A stretch of 64,000 nt of DNA from an uncultured Candidatus Rokubacteria bacterium (GTDB taxonomy: Bacteria; Methylomirabilota; Methylomirabilia; Rokubacteriales; CSP1-6). Below, in pieces: positions 1 to 11,020 of this stretch (position 1 is its first letter; each line of letters starts with the position of its first letter). Under the pieces are notes generated by a model. That model worked only from the letters and a program-made list of their open reading frames with translations. It had not been told where the DNA came from and did not search any database. The translations under genes were made by a program, and so were the position numbers. The DNA is taken from contig CAVZOE010000018.1 in NCBI GenBank assembly GCA_963776725.1, forward strand, positions 443,474 to 507,473. Direction: 5' to 3'.

Positions 1-315
1 AAGGTCGCGGTGCGGATGTTCGCGGAGTGCACCGAGAAGATCCTCACGCGCCACGGCTTCACCGCGGACGACGTGACGCTGTTCATCCCGCACCAGGCGA
101 ACCTCCGCATCATCGAGGCCGCCTGCAAGCGCGTGAACCTGCCCATGGATCGCGTCTTCGTCAACGTGGACCGCTACGGCAACACCGGCGCCGCCTCGGT
201 CTACGTCGCCATGGAAGAAGCCAACGCCGCCGGCCGCCTCAAGAAGGGCGACCTGGTCCTCCTCGCCGCCTTCGGCGGCGGCTTCGCCTGGGGCACGATT
301 CTCCTGCGATGGTAG
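1..315 (+). CDS. fabH: 3-oxoacyl-ACP synthase III (FabH), C-terminal part; 5' end outside window
   Basis: The frame is open from base 1. The C-terminal 101 aa carry HQANLRII, NVDRYGNTGAASV and GGGFAWG, typical of KAS III. It heads a fabD-fabG-acpP-fabF cluster. Confidence 0.9.
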   Translation, partial: KVAVRMFAECTEKILTRHGFTADDVTLFIPHQANLRIIEAACKRVNLPMDRVFVNVDRYGNTGAASVYVAMEEANAAGRLKKGDLVLLAAFGGGFAWGTILLRW

Positions 316-319
316 AAAC

Positions 320-1252
320 ATGATCGCGTTCGTGTTCCCGGGGCAGGGTTCCCAGGCCGTCGGCATGGGACGCGCGTTCTACGAGACCTCGGGCGCGGCC
401 AAGCGCGTGTTCGAGGAAGCGAGCGACACGCTGGGAATCGACTTCACGCGCCTGATCTTCGAGGGTCCGGAGGCCGATCTGGCGCTCACCGCCAACACGC
501 AGCCGGCAGTGCTGACCGCCAGCGTGGCCGCGGCGGCGGCCTGCGCCGAGCGCGGCCTCGCCCCGGCGCTGGTGGCCGGACACAGTCTCGGCGAGTACTC
601 CGCCCTGGTGATCGCCGGCGCGCTCCGACTGGGCGACGCCCTCCGCGTCGTGCGCCGGCGGGGCGAGCTCATGCAGCAAGCCGTGCCGGTGGGGACCGGG
701 GCGATGGCGGCCCTCATGGGCGTGAAGCCGGACGTCGTGGAGGGCATCTGCACGGACGCCGCCCAGGGCGAGGTCGTCGGCATCGCGAACCTGAACTCCG
801 AGATGCAGATCGTGATCGCCGGCCATCGATCGGCCGTGGAGCGCGCGGTGGCGCTGGCCAAGGAGCGGGGTGGCCGCAAGAGCGTGCTGTTGCCGGTGAG
901 CGCGCCGTTTCATTGCGCCCTCATGGCGCCGGCCGGCGAGCGCCTCGAGCCCGACCTCGCGGCCCTCAAGATCGCCGATCCCGCGATCCCGGTGGTGCGC
1001 AACGTCGACGCCGGCGTCACCCGGACGGCGGCCGACGTCGTGCCGTTCCTGCTGCGCCAGATCGCCAATCCCGTCCGGTGGACCGCGTGTGTCGAGCGGC
1101 TGGCCGCCGAGGGCGCCGACCGCTTCGTGGAGGTCGGGCCCGGCCGCGTGCTGACCGGCCTCGTCAAGCGCATCGTCCCCGACGCGCGCGCGGTCTCGGT
1201 GGAGGATCCGGCGGGTCTGGACCGCGCCCTCGAGGCTCTCGCGGCGGCATGA
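320..1252 (+). CDS. fabD: malonyl-CoA:ACP transacylase
   Basis: 310 aa with FPGQGSQ and GHSLGEYSAL (active-site Ser) motifs, in fab cluster context. Confidence 0.95.
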   Translation: MIAFVFPGQGSQAVGMGRAFYETSGAAKRVFEEASDTLGIDFTRLIFEGPEADLALTANTQPAVLTASVAAAAACAERGLAPALVAGHSLGEYSALVIAGALRLGDALRVVRRRGELMQQAVPVGTGAMAALMGVKPDVVEGICTDAAQGEVVGIANLNSEMQIVIAGHRSAVERAVALAKERGGRKSVLLPVSAPFHCALMAPAGERLEPDLAALKIADPAIPVVRNVDAGVTRTAADVVPFLLRQIANPVRWTACVERLAAEGADRFVEVGPGRVLTGLVKRIVPDARAVSVEDPAGLDRALEALAAA

Positions 1253-2001
1253 CGCCGCCCACCCTCGACGGCAAGGTGGCCATCGTCACCGGGGGCAGCC
1301 GTGGTATCGGCGCCGCCGTGGCCGCCTGGCTGAGCGAGCACGGAGCGAGCGTGGTAGTCTCTGGGCGCGACGCCGACCGGCTCAAGCTGGCGGTGCAGGA
1401 GCTGGAGTCGCGTGGGGCCGCGATTCACGGCGTGGTGGCCGACGCGGCGAAGCGGGAAGACGCCGATCGGCTCGTCGATGCGGCCAAGGAGCGGTTCGGC
1501 CGGCTCGACATCCTGGTCAACAATGCGGGCATCACGCGCGACGGCCTGCTGATCCGCATGAAGGACGACGACTGGGACCGCGTGATGGAGACCAACCTCC
1601 GCGGGGCGTTTCTGATGACCCGGGCGGCGTCCAAGCTGATGGTCCGGCAGAAGAGCGGCGGGCGGATCGTGAACGTCGCGTCCACCGCGGGCGCCATGGG
1701 CAACGCCGGACAGGTCAACTATTCGGCGGCCAAGGCCGGACTCATCGGGCTGACCAAGGCCTGCGCGCGCGAGCTGGCGCACTGGGACATCCTGGTCAAC
1801 GCGGTGGCGCCGGGGCTCATCGAGACCGACATGGCGGCGGCCATCTCGCCCGAGGCCCGCGAAGCGTTGCTGGCGCAGGTGCCGCTCAAGCGTATCGGAA
1901 CTGCCCGCGAGGTGGCCGAGATGATAGGATTCCTGGCCGGCGGCGCCGCGGCGTACGTGACGGGTCAGGTCTTCCACGTCAACGGCGGCCTCTACATGTA
2001 G
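1249..2001 (+). CDS. fabG: 3-oxoacyl-ACP reductase (SDR)
   Basis: ATG at 1249 overlaps the fabD stop (ATGA). Motifs TGGSRGIG, NNAG and YSAAK are present. The tracked ORF 913..2001 is over-extended upstream. Confidence 0.93.
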   Translation: MTPPTLDGKVAIVTGGSRGIGAAVAAWLSEHGASVVVSGRDADRLKLAVQELESRGAAIHGVVADAAKREDADRLVDAAKERFGRLDILVNNAGITRDGLLIRMKDDDWDRVMETNLRGAFLMTRAASKLMVRQKSGGRIVNVASTAGAMGNAGQVNYSAAKAGLIGLTKACARELAHWDILVNAVAPGLIETDMAAAISPEAREALLAQVPLKRIGTAREVAEMIGFLAGGAAAYVTGQVFHVNGGLYM

Positions 2002-2049
2002 TGAGGGCCGCATGCAGGTGGCGAATCTTCTGCCGGAGGTGACGGGTTC

Positions 2050-2286
2050 ATGGCGAAGTCAGTCGAGGACAAGGTGAAGGAGATCATCGTCGAGCAGCTC
2101 GGGGTTGAAGAGGAGGACGTCAACCCCAACGCGAAGTTCATCGAGGACCTGGGCGCCGACTCCCTCGACACGGTCGAGCTCGTCATGGCCCTGGAAGAGC
2201 ACTTCGATATCCAGATCCCGGACGAGGACGCCGAGAAGATCGTGACGGTCGGCGACGCCATCCAGTACATCAAGGACAACTCCTGA
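2050..2286 (+). CDS. acpP: acyl carrier protein
   Basis: 78 aa with the [12 protein letters not shown] phosphopantetheine-attachment motif. Confidence 0.97.
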   Translation: MAKSVEDKVKEIIVEQLGVEEEDVNPNAKFIEDLGADSLDTVELVMALEEHFDIQIPDEDAEKIVTVGDAIQYIKDNS

Positions 2287-2296
2287 GAGGCGTGGC

Positions 2297-3550
<1,254 letters not shown>

Positions 3551-3553
3551 CCT

Positions 3554-3681
3554 CGCCGACGGCTGAAAACCGGCCATCTGCGTCGTTGGCTCAGTCGCCC
3601 CTCCCTGCGACGTGGCCGGGCCACGTCTCAGTCGGGGCTTCCTTCGCCGCCTAGCATCTGGCCGGTTTTGAGCCGTCGGCG
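3554..3681. repeat. 128-nt element closed by a 23-nt inverted repeat (22 of 23 positions pair)
   Basis: 3554-3576 CGCCGACGGCTGAAAACCGGCCA pairs with 3659-3681 TGGCCGGTTTTGAGCCGTCGGCG. An inner palindrome GACGTGGCC-G-GGCCACGTC is present. The element sits between the fabF stop and the RNase III-like start codon. Confidence 0.7.
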
Positions 3682-3684
3682 CGC

Positions 3685-4131
3685 GTGATGAGCGTGGATC
3701 CGGTCGAAAAGCTCGAGCGGCGGATCGGGTATCGTTTCGCGGATCGCGCTCGCTTGGAGCGGGCGCTCACTCATGCTTCGTACGCGGCGGAGCATCCTCC
3801 CTGTGAGCATCAGCTGGCGCTGGCGTTTCTTGGCGACGCGGTGCTGGCGTTGGTCGTGGGGGAGTATCTGGTGCGGGCGGAGTCGGATGCGGCGGTTGGG
3901 CGGCTGACGACGAGGCGCGCGGAGCTGGTGGCGGACGAGACGCTGGCGCGCTGGGCGAGCGCGCTCGAGCTGGGGCCGCTGTTGCGGCTGGGGCGGGGGG
4001 CGGAGCAGACGGGGGGACGCGAGACGGCGTCGATGCTGGCCACGGCGCTGGAGGCGTTGCTCGGCGCGCTCTACGAGGAAGCGGGCCTTATCGCGGTGCG
4101 TCGGGTCGTCGGCGACCTGGCCGGCTGGTAG
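3685..4131 (+). CDS. RNase III catalytic-domain-only protein (no dsRNA-binding domain), degenerate active site
   Basis: 148 aa aligning to the RNase III N-terminal domain (LTHAS..., FLGDAVL, LEALLGALY). The protein ends before any dsRBD. It occupies the rnc-like position after the fab cluster. Confidence 0.75.
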   Translation: MMSVDPVEKLERRIGYRFADRARLERALTHASYAAEHPPCEHQLALAFLGDAVLALVVGEYLVRAESDAAVGRLTTRRAELVADETLARWASALELGPLLRLGRGAEQTGGRETASMLATALEALLGALYEEAGLIAVRRVVGDLAGW

Positions 4132-4168
4132 TGCCGGATGCGGGAGCACCCCGTGCTAGGCTGAATTC

Positions 4169-5359
4169 ATGCGCGTGTGGCCGTTGCGCCTGTCGCCGTT
4201 GCGTCTGTGGCCGTTGCCTCGGTGGCCGTTCCGCCGCCGCCCCGCCCTCTCGCCGCTGCATTCGGACGACTTGCTCCTCAGCGAGGAGCGCCTGCGCCAT
4301 CTCGCCGAGGAGGTGATGGTCGTCCAGGAGCGGCAGATCCGGGGCGGCGTGATCCTGTTCCGCGGCGATCTGCGCACGGAGCCGGCCCGGGCGCTCGACA
4401 CGCTGCTGACGCGTTTCGCGCCGCTCGGCTACACGCCGTTCCTGAAGGCCGAGGGCGACCGCGTCATGCTGCAGGCGTGGCCGCTCGTGCAGGTGCGGGA
4501 GCGCGCGCGGCCGGCGCTGAACCTGACGCTCTTCGTCCTCACCGCGCTGTCCACGCTGGCCGCCGGGGCGATCCTGACCGGTATTCTCGACGGGGTCGGC
4601 GACTGGACCTCGCCGGCGGCGTGGCTGTCGTCGGGGGGACCGTTCGCGCTGACCCTGCTGTCGATCCTCGGCGTCCACGAGTTCGGCCACTACTTCACGG
4701 CGCGCTATTACAAGGCCTCGGTCAGCCTGCCGTACTTCATCCCGGCGCCGCCGCCGATCTTCCTGTTCGGCACGCTGGGCGCCATCATCCGGATGCGCTC
4801 GCCGGCGCGCGATCGCAACTCGCTCTTCGACATCGCGGCGGCCGGTCCGCTGGCCGGCCTGATGATCGCGGTGCCGGCGGTGATCCTCGGACTCGGCTGG
4901 TCCGAAGTCCACCGGATCCTTCCCGGCGCGGGCCTGCAGTTCGGCGATTCGCTGCTGATGCGCTGGCTGGTCTATCTCAAGTTCGGCTCGCTGGGCGACG
5001 GCGTGGACGTCATCATCCACCCGGTGGCCCTGGCCGGCTGGGTGGGGTTCTTCGTGACGGCGCTGAACCTCGTCCCGGTGGGCCAGCTCGACGGCGGGCG
5101 CATCGCCTATGCGCTCCTCGGCCGTCATCATCGGGTGCTCGGCATCATCACGTTCGTCCTGCTCCTGGCCCTGGGCGGCATCACCGGCTCCGGCAACTGG
5201 TTCTTCTGGGCGGGGCTGCTGTTCTTCCTGGTCGGCTTTCACCACAGCCCGCCGCTCGACGACCTGACGCCGCTGAGCCCCGCCCGCCGTCTGATCGGAA
5301 TCGCCTGCCTGATCCTGCTGGTGCTGCTGATCCCGCCCGTTCCGATCAAGATCACCTAG
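4169..5359 (+). CDS. M50 family (site-2 protease-like) membrane metalloprotease; start uncertain
   Basis: HEFGH (HExxH) and NLVPVGQLDGG (NxxPxxxLDG) motifs with multiple hydrophobic segments. The N-terminal 22 codons coincide with the 15-bp tandem repeat, so the true start may be downstream. Confidence 0.85.
   Translation: MRVWPLRLSPLRLWPLPRWPFRRRPALSPLHSDDLLLSEERLRHLAEEVMVVQERQIRGGVILFRGDLRTEPARALDTLLTRFAPLGYTPFLKAEGDRVMLQAWPLVQVRERARPALNLTLFVLTALSTLAAGAILTGILDGVGDWTSPAAWLSSGGPFALTLLSILGVHEFGHYFTARYYKASVSLPYFIPAPPPIFLFGTLGAIIRMRSPARDRNSLFDIAAAGPLAGLMIAVPAVILGLGWSEVHRILPGAGLQFGDSLLMRWLVYLKFGSLGDGVDVIIHPVALAGWVGFFVTALNLVPVGQLDGGRIAYALLGRHHRVLGIITFVLLLALGGITGSGNWFFWAGLLFFLVGFHHSPPLDDLTPLSPARRLIGIACLILLVLLIPPVPIKIT
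4176..4235. repeat. 4 x 15-bp tandem repeat (TGTGGCCGTTGCGCC-like)
   Basis: Units at 4176, 4191, 4206 and 4221: TGTGGCCGTTGCGCC / TGTCGCCGTTGCGTC / TGTGGCCGTTGCCTC / GGTGGCCGTTCCGCC. Confidence 0.85.
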
Positions 5360-5463
5360 GCGCCTCGCGGTCCGCGTCGCGTCCACGCCGCGCGCGTGCG
5401 GCGCGACGACCTGGGCCCGGCCGTGGGTGACACGTGCGGCGCGCTTGAGCTACTATCCGCCCC

Positions 5464-6832
5464 ATGCCCGGTCGCCTCGACCGCCGTTCCCTCGAAGCGC
5501 TGGTCCGCAAGGGCGAGATCGACACGGTCCTGACGGTGTTTCCCGACGGCTATGCCCGACTCATGGGCAAGCGTCTGACCGCCCGCCACTTCCTCGAGCA
5601 CGCCCTCGAGGACGGCGTCCACGCGTGCATCTATCTCTTCACGGTCGATATGGAGATGGAGCCGCTGCCCGGCTTCACCCTGACATCGTGGGAGCGCGGC
5701 TACGGCGACATGAAGATGGTGCCCGACCTCGCCACGCTCCGGCTGATTCCCTGGCTGCCGAAGACCGCGCTGGTCTTCTGCGACGTGTACACCGAAGAGG
5801 GCGAGCCGGTCGAGGAGGCGCCGCGCTGGGTGCTGAAGCGGCAGATCGCCCGGGCGCTGGCCCAGGGCTACCTCGTCAAGACTGCGGCCGAGCTCGAGCT
5901 CTACTGCTTCCGGGAGACGTTCGAGGAGGCGCGGGCCAAGCGTTACCAGAATTTAACGCCGTTCTCGACGTACCTCGAGGACTATCACATCTTGCAGACG
6001 ACCAAGGAAGAGCCGCTCGTCCGCGCCATCCGCAACGGCATGGAGGCTGCCGACGTTCCGGTGGAGACGTCCAAGGGTGAGTGGGGGCGCGGCCAGGAAG
6101 AGATCAACCTCGTCTACGCCGAGGCCCTGGAGATGGCCGATCGCACCGTGCTCTACAAGCACGGCGCCAAGGAGATCGCTCACCTGCAGGGCTGCTCGCT
6201 GACGTTCATGGCGAAATACGACATGGGTGCGGCCGGCTCGTCCTTCCACCTGCACTCCTCGCTGTGGGACCGCAGCGGACGCAAGCCGCTCTTCGCCGGC
6301 GGCAAGAGCCACCGCCAGGCCCCGCCGGTATTCGGCCACTGGCTGGCCGGACAGATGGCCATGGCCCGCGAGCTGGCGTACTTCTACGCGCCCGGCGTGA
6401 ACTCCTACAAGCGCTACCAGTCCGGCTCGTTCGCGCCGACCCGCGTGGCCGCCGGCTGGGACAACCGCACCTGCGGCTTCCGCCTCTGCGGCGAGGGCTC
6501 CGCGTTCCGCGTGGAGAACCGTATCCCCGGCGCCGACGCCAACCCGTATCTGGCCTTCGCGGCGACCATCGCGGCGGGCCTGCACGGCGTCGCGCACAAG
6601 CTCAAGGCGCCGCAAGCTCTACGAGGGCAACGCGTACGAGGACGCCCGGCTGCCCCAGGTTCCCAAGACGCTGCGCGAGGCCATCGGCGAGCTCGAGCGG
6701 TCCAAGGTCGCGCGCGCGGCGCTCGGCGATCGCGTGGTCGATCACTATCTGCACGCGGCTCGTCTCGAGCAACAGGCCTTCGACCAGTCCGTGACCGATT
6801 GGGAGCTGATGCGTAACTTCGAGCGGATCTGA
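5464..6832 (+). CDS. glutamine synthetase-family ligase (GlnA/PuuA-like), reading frame interrupted near 6612
   Basis: GS motifs GSSFHLHSSLW and NRTCGFRL...RVENRIPGADANPYLAFAA are present. The conserved C-terminus LYEGNAYEDARLPQVPKTLREAIGELERS...VTDWELMRNFERI continues in the +1 frame to TGA 6830-6832. Confidence 0.85.
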
Positions 6833-6869
6833 GAACAGCCCGCAGCCGACACGACAGAGAGGAGACGCG

Positions 6870-7635
<766 letters not shown>

Positions 7636-7639
7636 GCGG

Positions 7640-9241
7640 ATGGCGCGTCCGCTGGCGGCACCGAGATCCCGCACGGCCCCGACCGACGTCGTGAGCATCG
7701 CCGGCGCGCTGCTGGTCGTGGTGCTGGCGGCGTTCATCCTCTATCCGGTCGCCGCGGTGACCGTGTGGGGGCTGCGCGCGTGGGGGCTGCTCGGGGCCGC
7801 CGTACCCTCGCACCTGGCCCTGATCCTCCTGAGCCTCGCGGTGGCCGTCGCCTCCACGCTGGCGGCGCTCCTGCCGGCCGTGCCGATCGCCTACGCACTG
7901 GCGCGGGTGAACGTGCCGGGACGCGCACGGCTCTGGGCGGTGTGTCGACTGGGCGTGCTGCTGCCGCCGTTCGTCACGCCGCTCGCCCTGCTCGTCCTCG
8001 CGGGACCGCGAGGCCCGGTGGCCGGCGTGTTCGGTCCGGGCGGCTCGTTGCCCGGCGTGGTGGCGATCGTGATCGGTCAGGCGATCGGCTTCTTTCCCTG
8101 GGCCGTGGCGCTGGTTGTTCGCGCGCTGGCTGCGGTGCCCGTCGAGATGGAACACGCGGCCGAGACGCTTGGCGCCAGCCGGCTGACCGTCGTACGACGG
8201 GTAACGCTCGGACTGGCCGGTCCGCGCGTGGGCGCAGCGGCGCTGGTTTTGGTCGTGCTCTGCCTGAGCGACGTGGCCACACCGCTGCTGCTCGGCGGTG
8301 ACGCCACTGTCCTGGCCACGGCGGTCGCCGCCGCGGCGACCACGAATGCGGAGTCGGCGAGCAGCCTGGCGCTAGCCCTGGCGCTGCTCGTGGGACTGAT
8401 CGGCGGCACGTGGCGTCACGGTGCGTTCATGGCCGGCACCTGGCCGGCTCTGCCCGCCGTGCACCGCCCGGCGTCGGCCGGGCTGCACGCGTTGCTCACC
8501 GCCCTGGTCGGGATCCTCGGGCTCGCGCTCCCCGTGCTGTGGGCGCTCGTCCCGATCGGCTCCGTGCTGCAAGCGGGCGGCGTGTCGTTCGGTGCGTGGG
8601 CTGCGTTCGCCTCACCGGTTGGCCTCCGACCGCTCGGCCTCAGCCTCGCGCTGGGTCTCGGCGCCGCCCTGATCGGCGCGACGGTGACGCTGATCGCCGC
8701 GTGGGTCGTCGGGCGGCGACAGATCGTGCTGGGACGCGGGATCGACATGCTCGCTCAGGCACCGCTCGCGGTGCCCGGCGTCGCCGCCGGGACTGGCTAC
8801 CTGCTCGCGTTCGGCACGCCGTCACCGCCGTTCGGCACGCTGCCGCTCGCGATGCTGCTGGTCGCATGCTGGCAGCTGCCGGCGACCTTGCGGGTGGCCC
8901 GCGAGGTGCTCGCCCGTACCGAGCGGGCGACCGAGCAGGCTGCTATCAGTCTCGGCGCCGGACGCGCCACCGTCGCGAAGCTCATCGTCCTTCCCACGCT
9001 GCGGCCGATCGCCGGCTGGATCGTCTGCGATCTGTTCGCCGCCGCCGTCCTGGCCGTGGGTGCCGTCATCGTGTTCGCCGGCTCCGGACTCGAGCTCGGC
9101 GCCGTCACCATGGTCACTCGCGCTGCCGCCGGCGCCACCGGTGCCGCATGTGCGGTGGCCACCGTCCTGCTCGCACTCGCGGGCGGTGCCGTTGTACTCG
9201 GCCGCGCAATCGCCGGTCCTTTGATTCCGAGCCTGCAATAG
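7640..9241 (+). CDS. ABC transporter permease, two fused transmembrane domains (Fe3+/thiamine-type)
   Basis: 533 aa, very hydrophobic, with duplicated permease-like halves. No cognate ATPase or binding protein is adjacent. Confidence 0.75.
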   Translation: MARPLAAPRSRTAPTDVVSIAGALLVVVLAAFILYPVAAVTVWGLRAWGLLGAAVPSHLALILLSLAVAVASTLAALLPAVPIAYALARVNVPGRARLWAVCRLGVLLPPFVTPLALLVLAGPRGPVAGVFGPGGSLPGVVAIVIGQAIGFFPWAVALVVRALAAVPVEMEHAAETLGASRLTVVRRVTLGLAGPRVGAAALVLVVLCLSDVATPLLLGGDATVLATAVAAAATTNAESASSLALALALLVGLIGGTWRHGAFMAGTWPALPAVHRPASAGLHALLTALVGILGLALPVLWALVPIGSVLQAGGVSFGAWAAFASPVGLRPLGLSLALGLGAALIGATVTLIAAWVVGRRQIVLGRGIDMLAQAPLAVPGVAAGTGYLLAFGTPSPPFGTLPLAMLLVACWQLPATLRVAREVLARTERATEQAAISLGAGRATVAKLIVLPTLRPIAGWIVCDLFAAAVLAVGAVIVFAGSGLELGAVTMVTRAAAGATGAACAVATVLLALAGGAVVLGRAIAGPLIPSLQ

Positions 9242-9380
9242 TCACCCTCCGCGTCCTTCGCGACGTAGCGCCTGCACGGGCGGCCGGATTGGAGGTCCGC
9301 CGTCGATGTTCGGGTAGGTAAGGTTCCGAGGGGAGCCCGGTCAACTCGATGGTAGCGCGATTGCCACGACGCCGGGACCG

Positions 9381-9806
9381 ATGCTATCGATGCTGATGCG
9401 CGCAAGCGACGACCCGGGCTGCTGGCCAGGACGCCGCGTGCTCATTGCTGACGACTCGCTTGATGCCCGCGAGGTCTACGCCGCCTATCTCTCGTACGCC
9501 GGCTTCGGCGTCTACACGGCGCCCGACGGTGAAGCCGCCGTGAACATCGCGATCCAGGTACGGCCAGACATCGTCGTCATGGACCGCTCCATGCCGAAGC
9601 TCGACGGCATCGCCGCCACCTGGCGCCTCAAGGAACACCCGCACACGCGGCACATCCCAGTGATCATGCTCACCGGGTTCGCGCTGGGGACCGTCGAGCA
9701 AGACGCACGGCAAGCCGGTGTGGACGTGTTCCTGACGAAGCCGTGCTTGCCCGAGGTGCTGGAGGAGCATGTGCGGCGGCGCTTGAACGCGCCGGGGACT
9801 CCGTAA
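9381..9806 (+). CDS. single-domain response regulator (receiver only)
   Basis: VLIADD, IVVMDRSMPKLDG and FLTKP receiver motifs, 141 aa. Confidence 0.85.
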   Translation: MLSMLMRASDDPGCWPGRRVLIADDSLDAREVYAAYLSYAGFGVYTAPDGEAAVNIAIQVRPDIVVMDRSMPKLDGIAATWRLKEHPHTRHIPVIMLTGFALGTVEQDARQAGVDVFLTKPCLPEVLEEHVRRRLNAPGTP

Positions 9807-9817
9807 CCGCGCCCGAT

Positions 9818-10123
9818 TCAGCAGTTCCCGTTCCGCACTTCTTCGGCCCACAGTTCCAGGCACCGTCGATGAACCAGCGGCATCGGCGCCTCCCCAACGT
9901 CGACCTCGTACTCGATGTCCCCCAGCCGGAAGTGAGCATCGCAGGCTACGCATGGGGCACGACCCTCGCTGGGGCCGGCGACCATCTTTCGGGGGACTTG
10001 GCGCGGAAGCACGCCGGCATCGAACAACGCACGCAGGCGCATTCGGACGGTATCTTCTGCAAACTGGACATCGCTTCCGCCGGGTTGAGCGCTGACGTCG
10101 CAGCATCGCCCATCGTTATGCAC
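9818..10123 (-). CDS. hypothetical small protein with CxxC...HxxC pattern
   Basis: 101 aa. Its start overlaps the stop of the upstream receiver gene by 8 nt. It contains PCVACDAHF and HRRCLELW. I recognise no family. Confidence 0.45.
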   Translation of the reverse strand: MHNDGRCCDVSAQPGGSDVQFAEDTVRMRLRALFDAGVLPRQVPRKMVAGPSEGRAPCVACDAHFRLGDIEYEVDVGEAPMPLVHRRCLELWAEEVRNGNC

Positions 10124-10487
10124 CCTCGGTCCTCCCGTGATCCATGGCCGCTATCACGACCTCGGCCAGCGTCCCTAGATTGAAGGGCTTGCGGAGGAGC
10201 CCAAAGAACCCGTCGGCCATTGGGATCGGCGTCCCCGACATCAGAATCACCGGCACGCTGACGCCAGCACCGCGCAGTGCGTCCAGAAGATCCGCCCCAG
10301 ACATACCGGGCATAGTCATGTCGGTCAGAATGACGTCCGGCTTGAGCTTCGGCACAATCTCAAGCGCCTCCTCGCCGCTTGCTGCCGTGGCCACCTCGTT
10401 GCACACAGTGCTGAGGAAGTCGCGCAGCAACGCACGGACGTGAGGCTCATCGTCGACGATCAGGACCCGGCCTGGATAGTCCTTCAT
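10116..10487 (-). CDS. single-domain response regulator (receiver only)
   Basis: VLIVDDE, VILTDMTMPGMSG and LLRKPF motifs, 123 aa. Confidence 0.88.
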   Translation of the reverse strand: MKDYPGRVLIVDDEPHVRALLRDFLSTVCNEVATAASGEEALEIVPKLKPDVILTDMTMPGMSGADLLDALRGAGVSVPVILMSGTPIPMADGFFGLLRKPFNLGTLAEVVIAAMDHGRTEGA

Positions 10488-11020
10488 CCCATGCCCGGAC
10501 CGAGAGGCGCCAGCGTGTATTGGTCCTGATCAATTCCCCCAGCCCTCCCGCGCGAGCCGGGTCCGCATCTCAGCGTTCAGCCTCGTCTGTCTTCGCGCTG
10601 CTTCTTGGGCTGAACGTCTGCTTGGCGGCCTATAAGTCTCATAGGCGGGCTGCCCGGCGCCATCGGACCTTGGTCCAACCTGGGCATGCCGTGACTACCC
10701 AAGGAACCAGAATCGACGCACGTTCCCCCGCGGGCGCAAGTCCTTCCATTCGATGTGGTCGGGGTGAAGCGTCGCTCGTCGAGTCCCGCGCTCATGAGCG
10801 GCGTCCGCTATCGCGCATCGAGCAAGCGGCCCGCGATGACCGACAGCCGAAACGAGGTCCTTCACCCGCTGGTGGTAAAAGTCGGGCAGGTGGTGTCAGG
10901 GTGGGAACGTCATGCATCCCCTCGGCGGGGTGTGCGAGACTACGCGGCAATGCTCACTTCCATACAGAACGTCAGTCCGTCCACAGTCGGCACATTCGGG
11001 ATCTGAAAGGAGAGCACGAC

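Noticed and set aside
10700-10900. A decayed HNH-like or transposase remnant on the minus strand of the 533-bp spacer (peptide ...DFYHQRVKDLVSAVGH...LHPDHIEWKDL...).
   Set aside because: Only a vague H/D-containing pattern is present. There are no paired Cys or other diagnostic motifs, and the reading frame is short and bounded by stops. This is not supportable without a database search.
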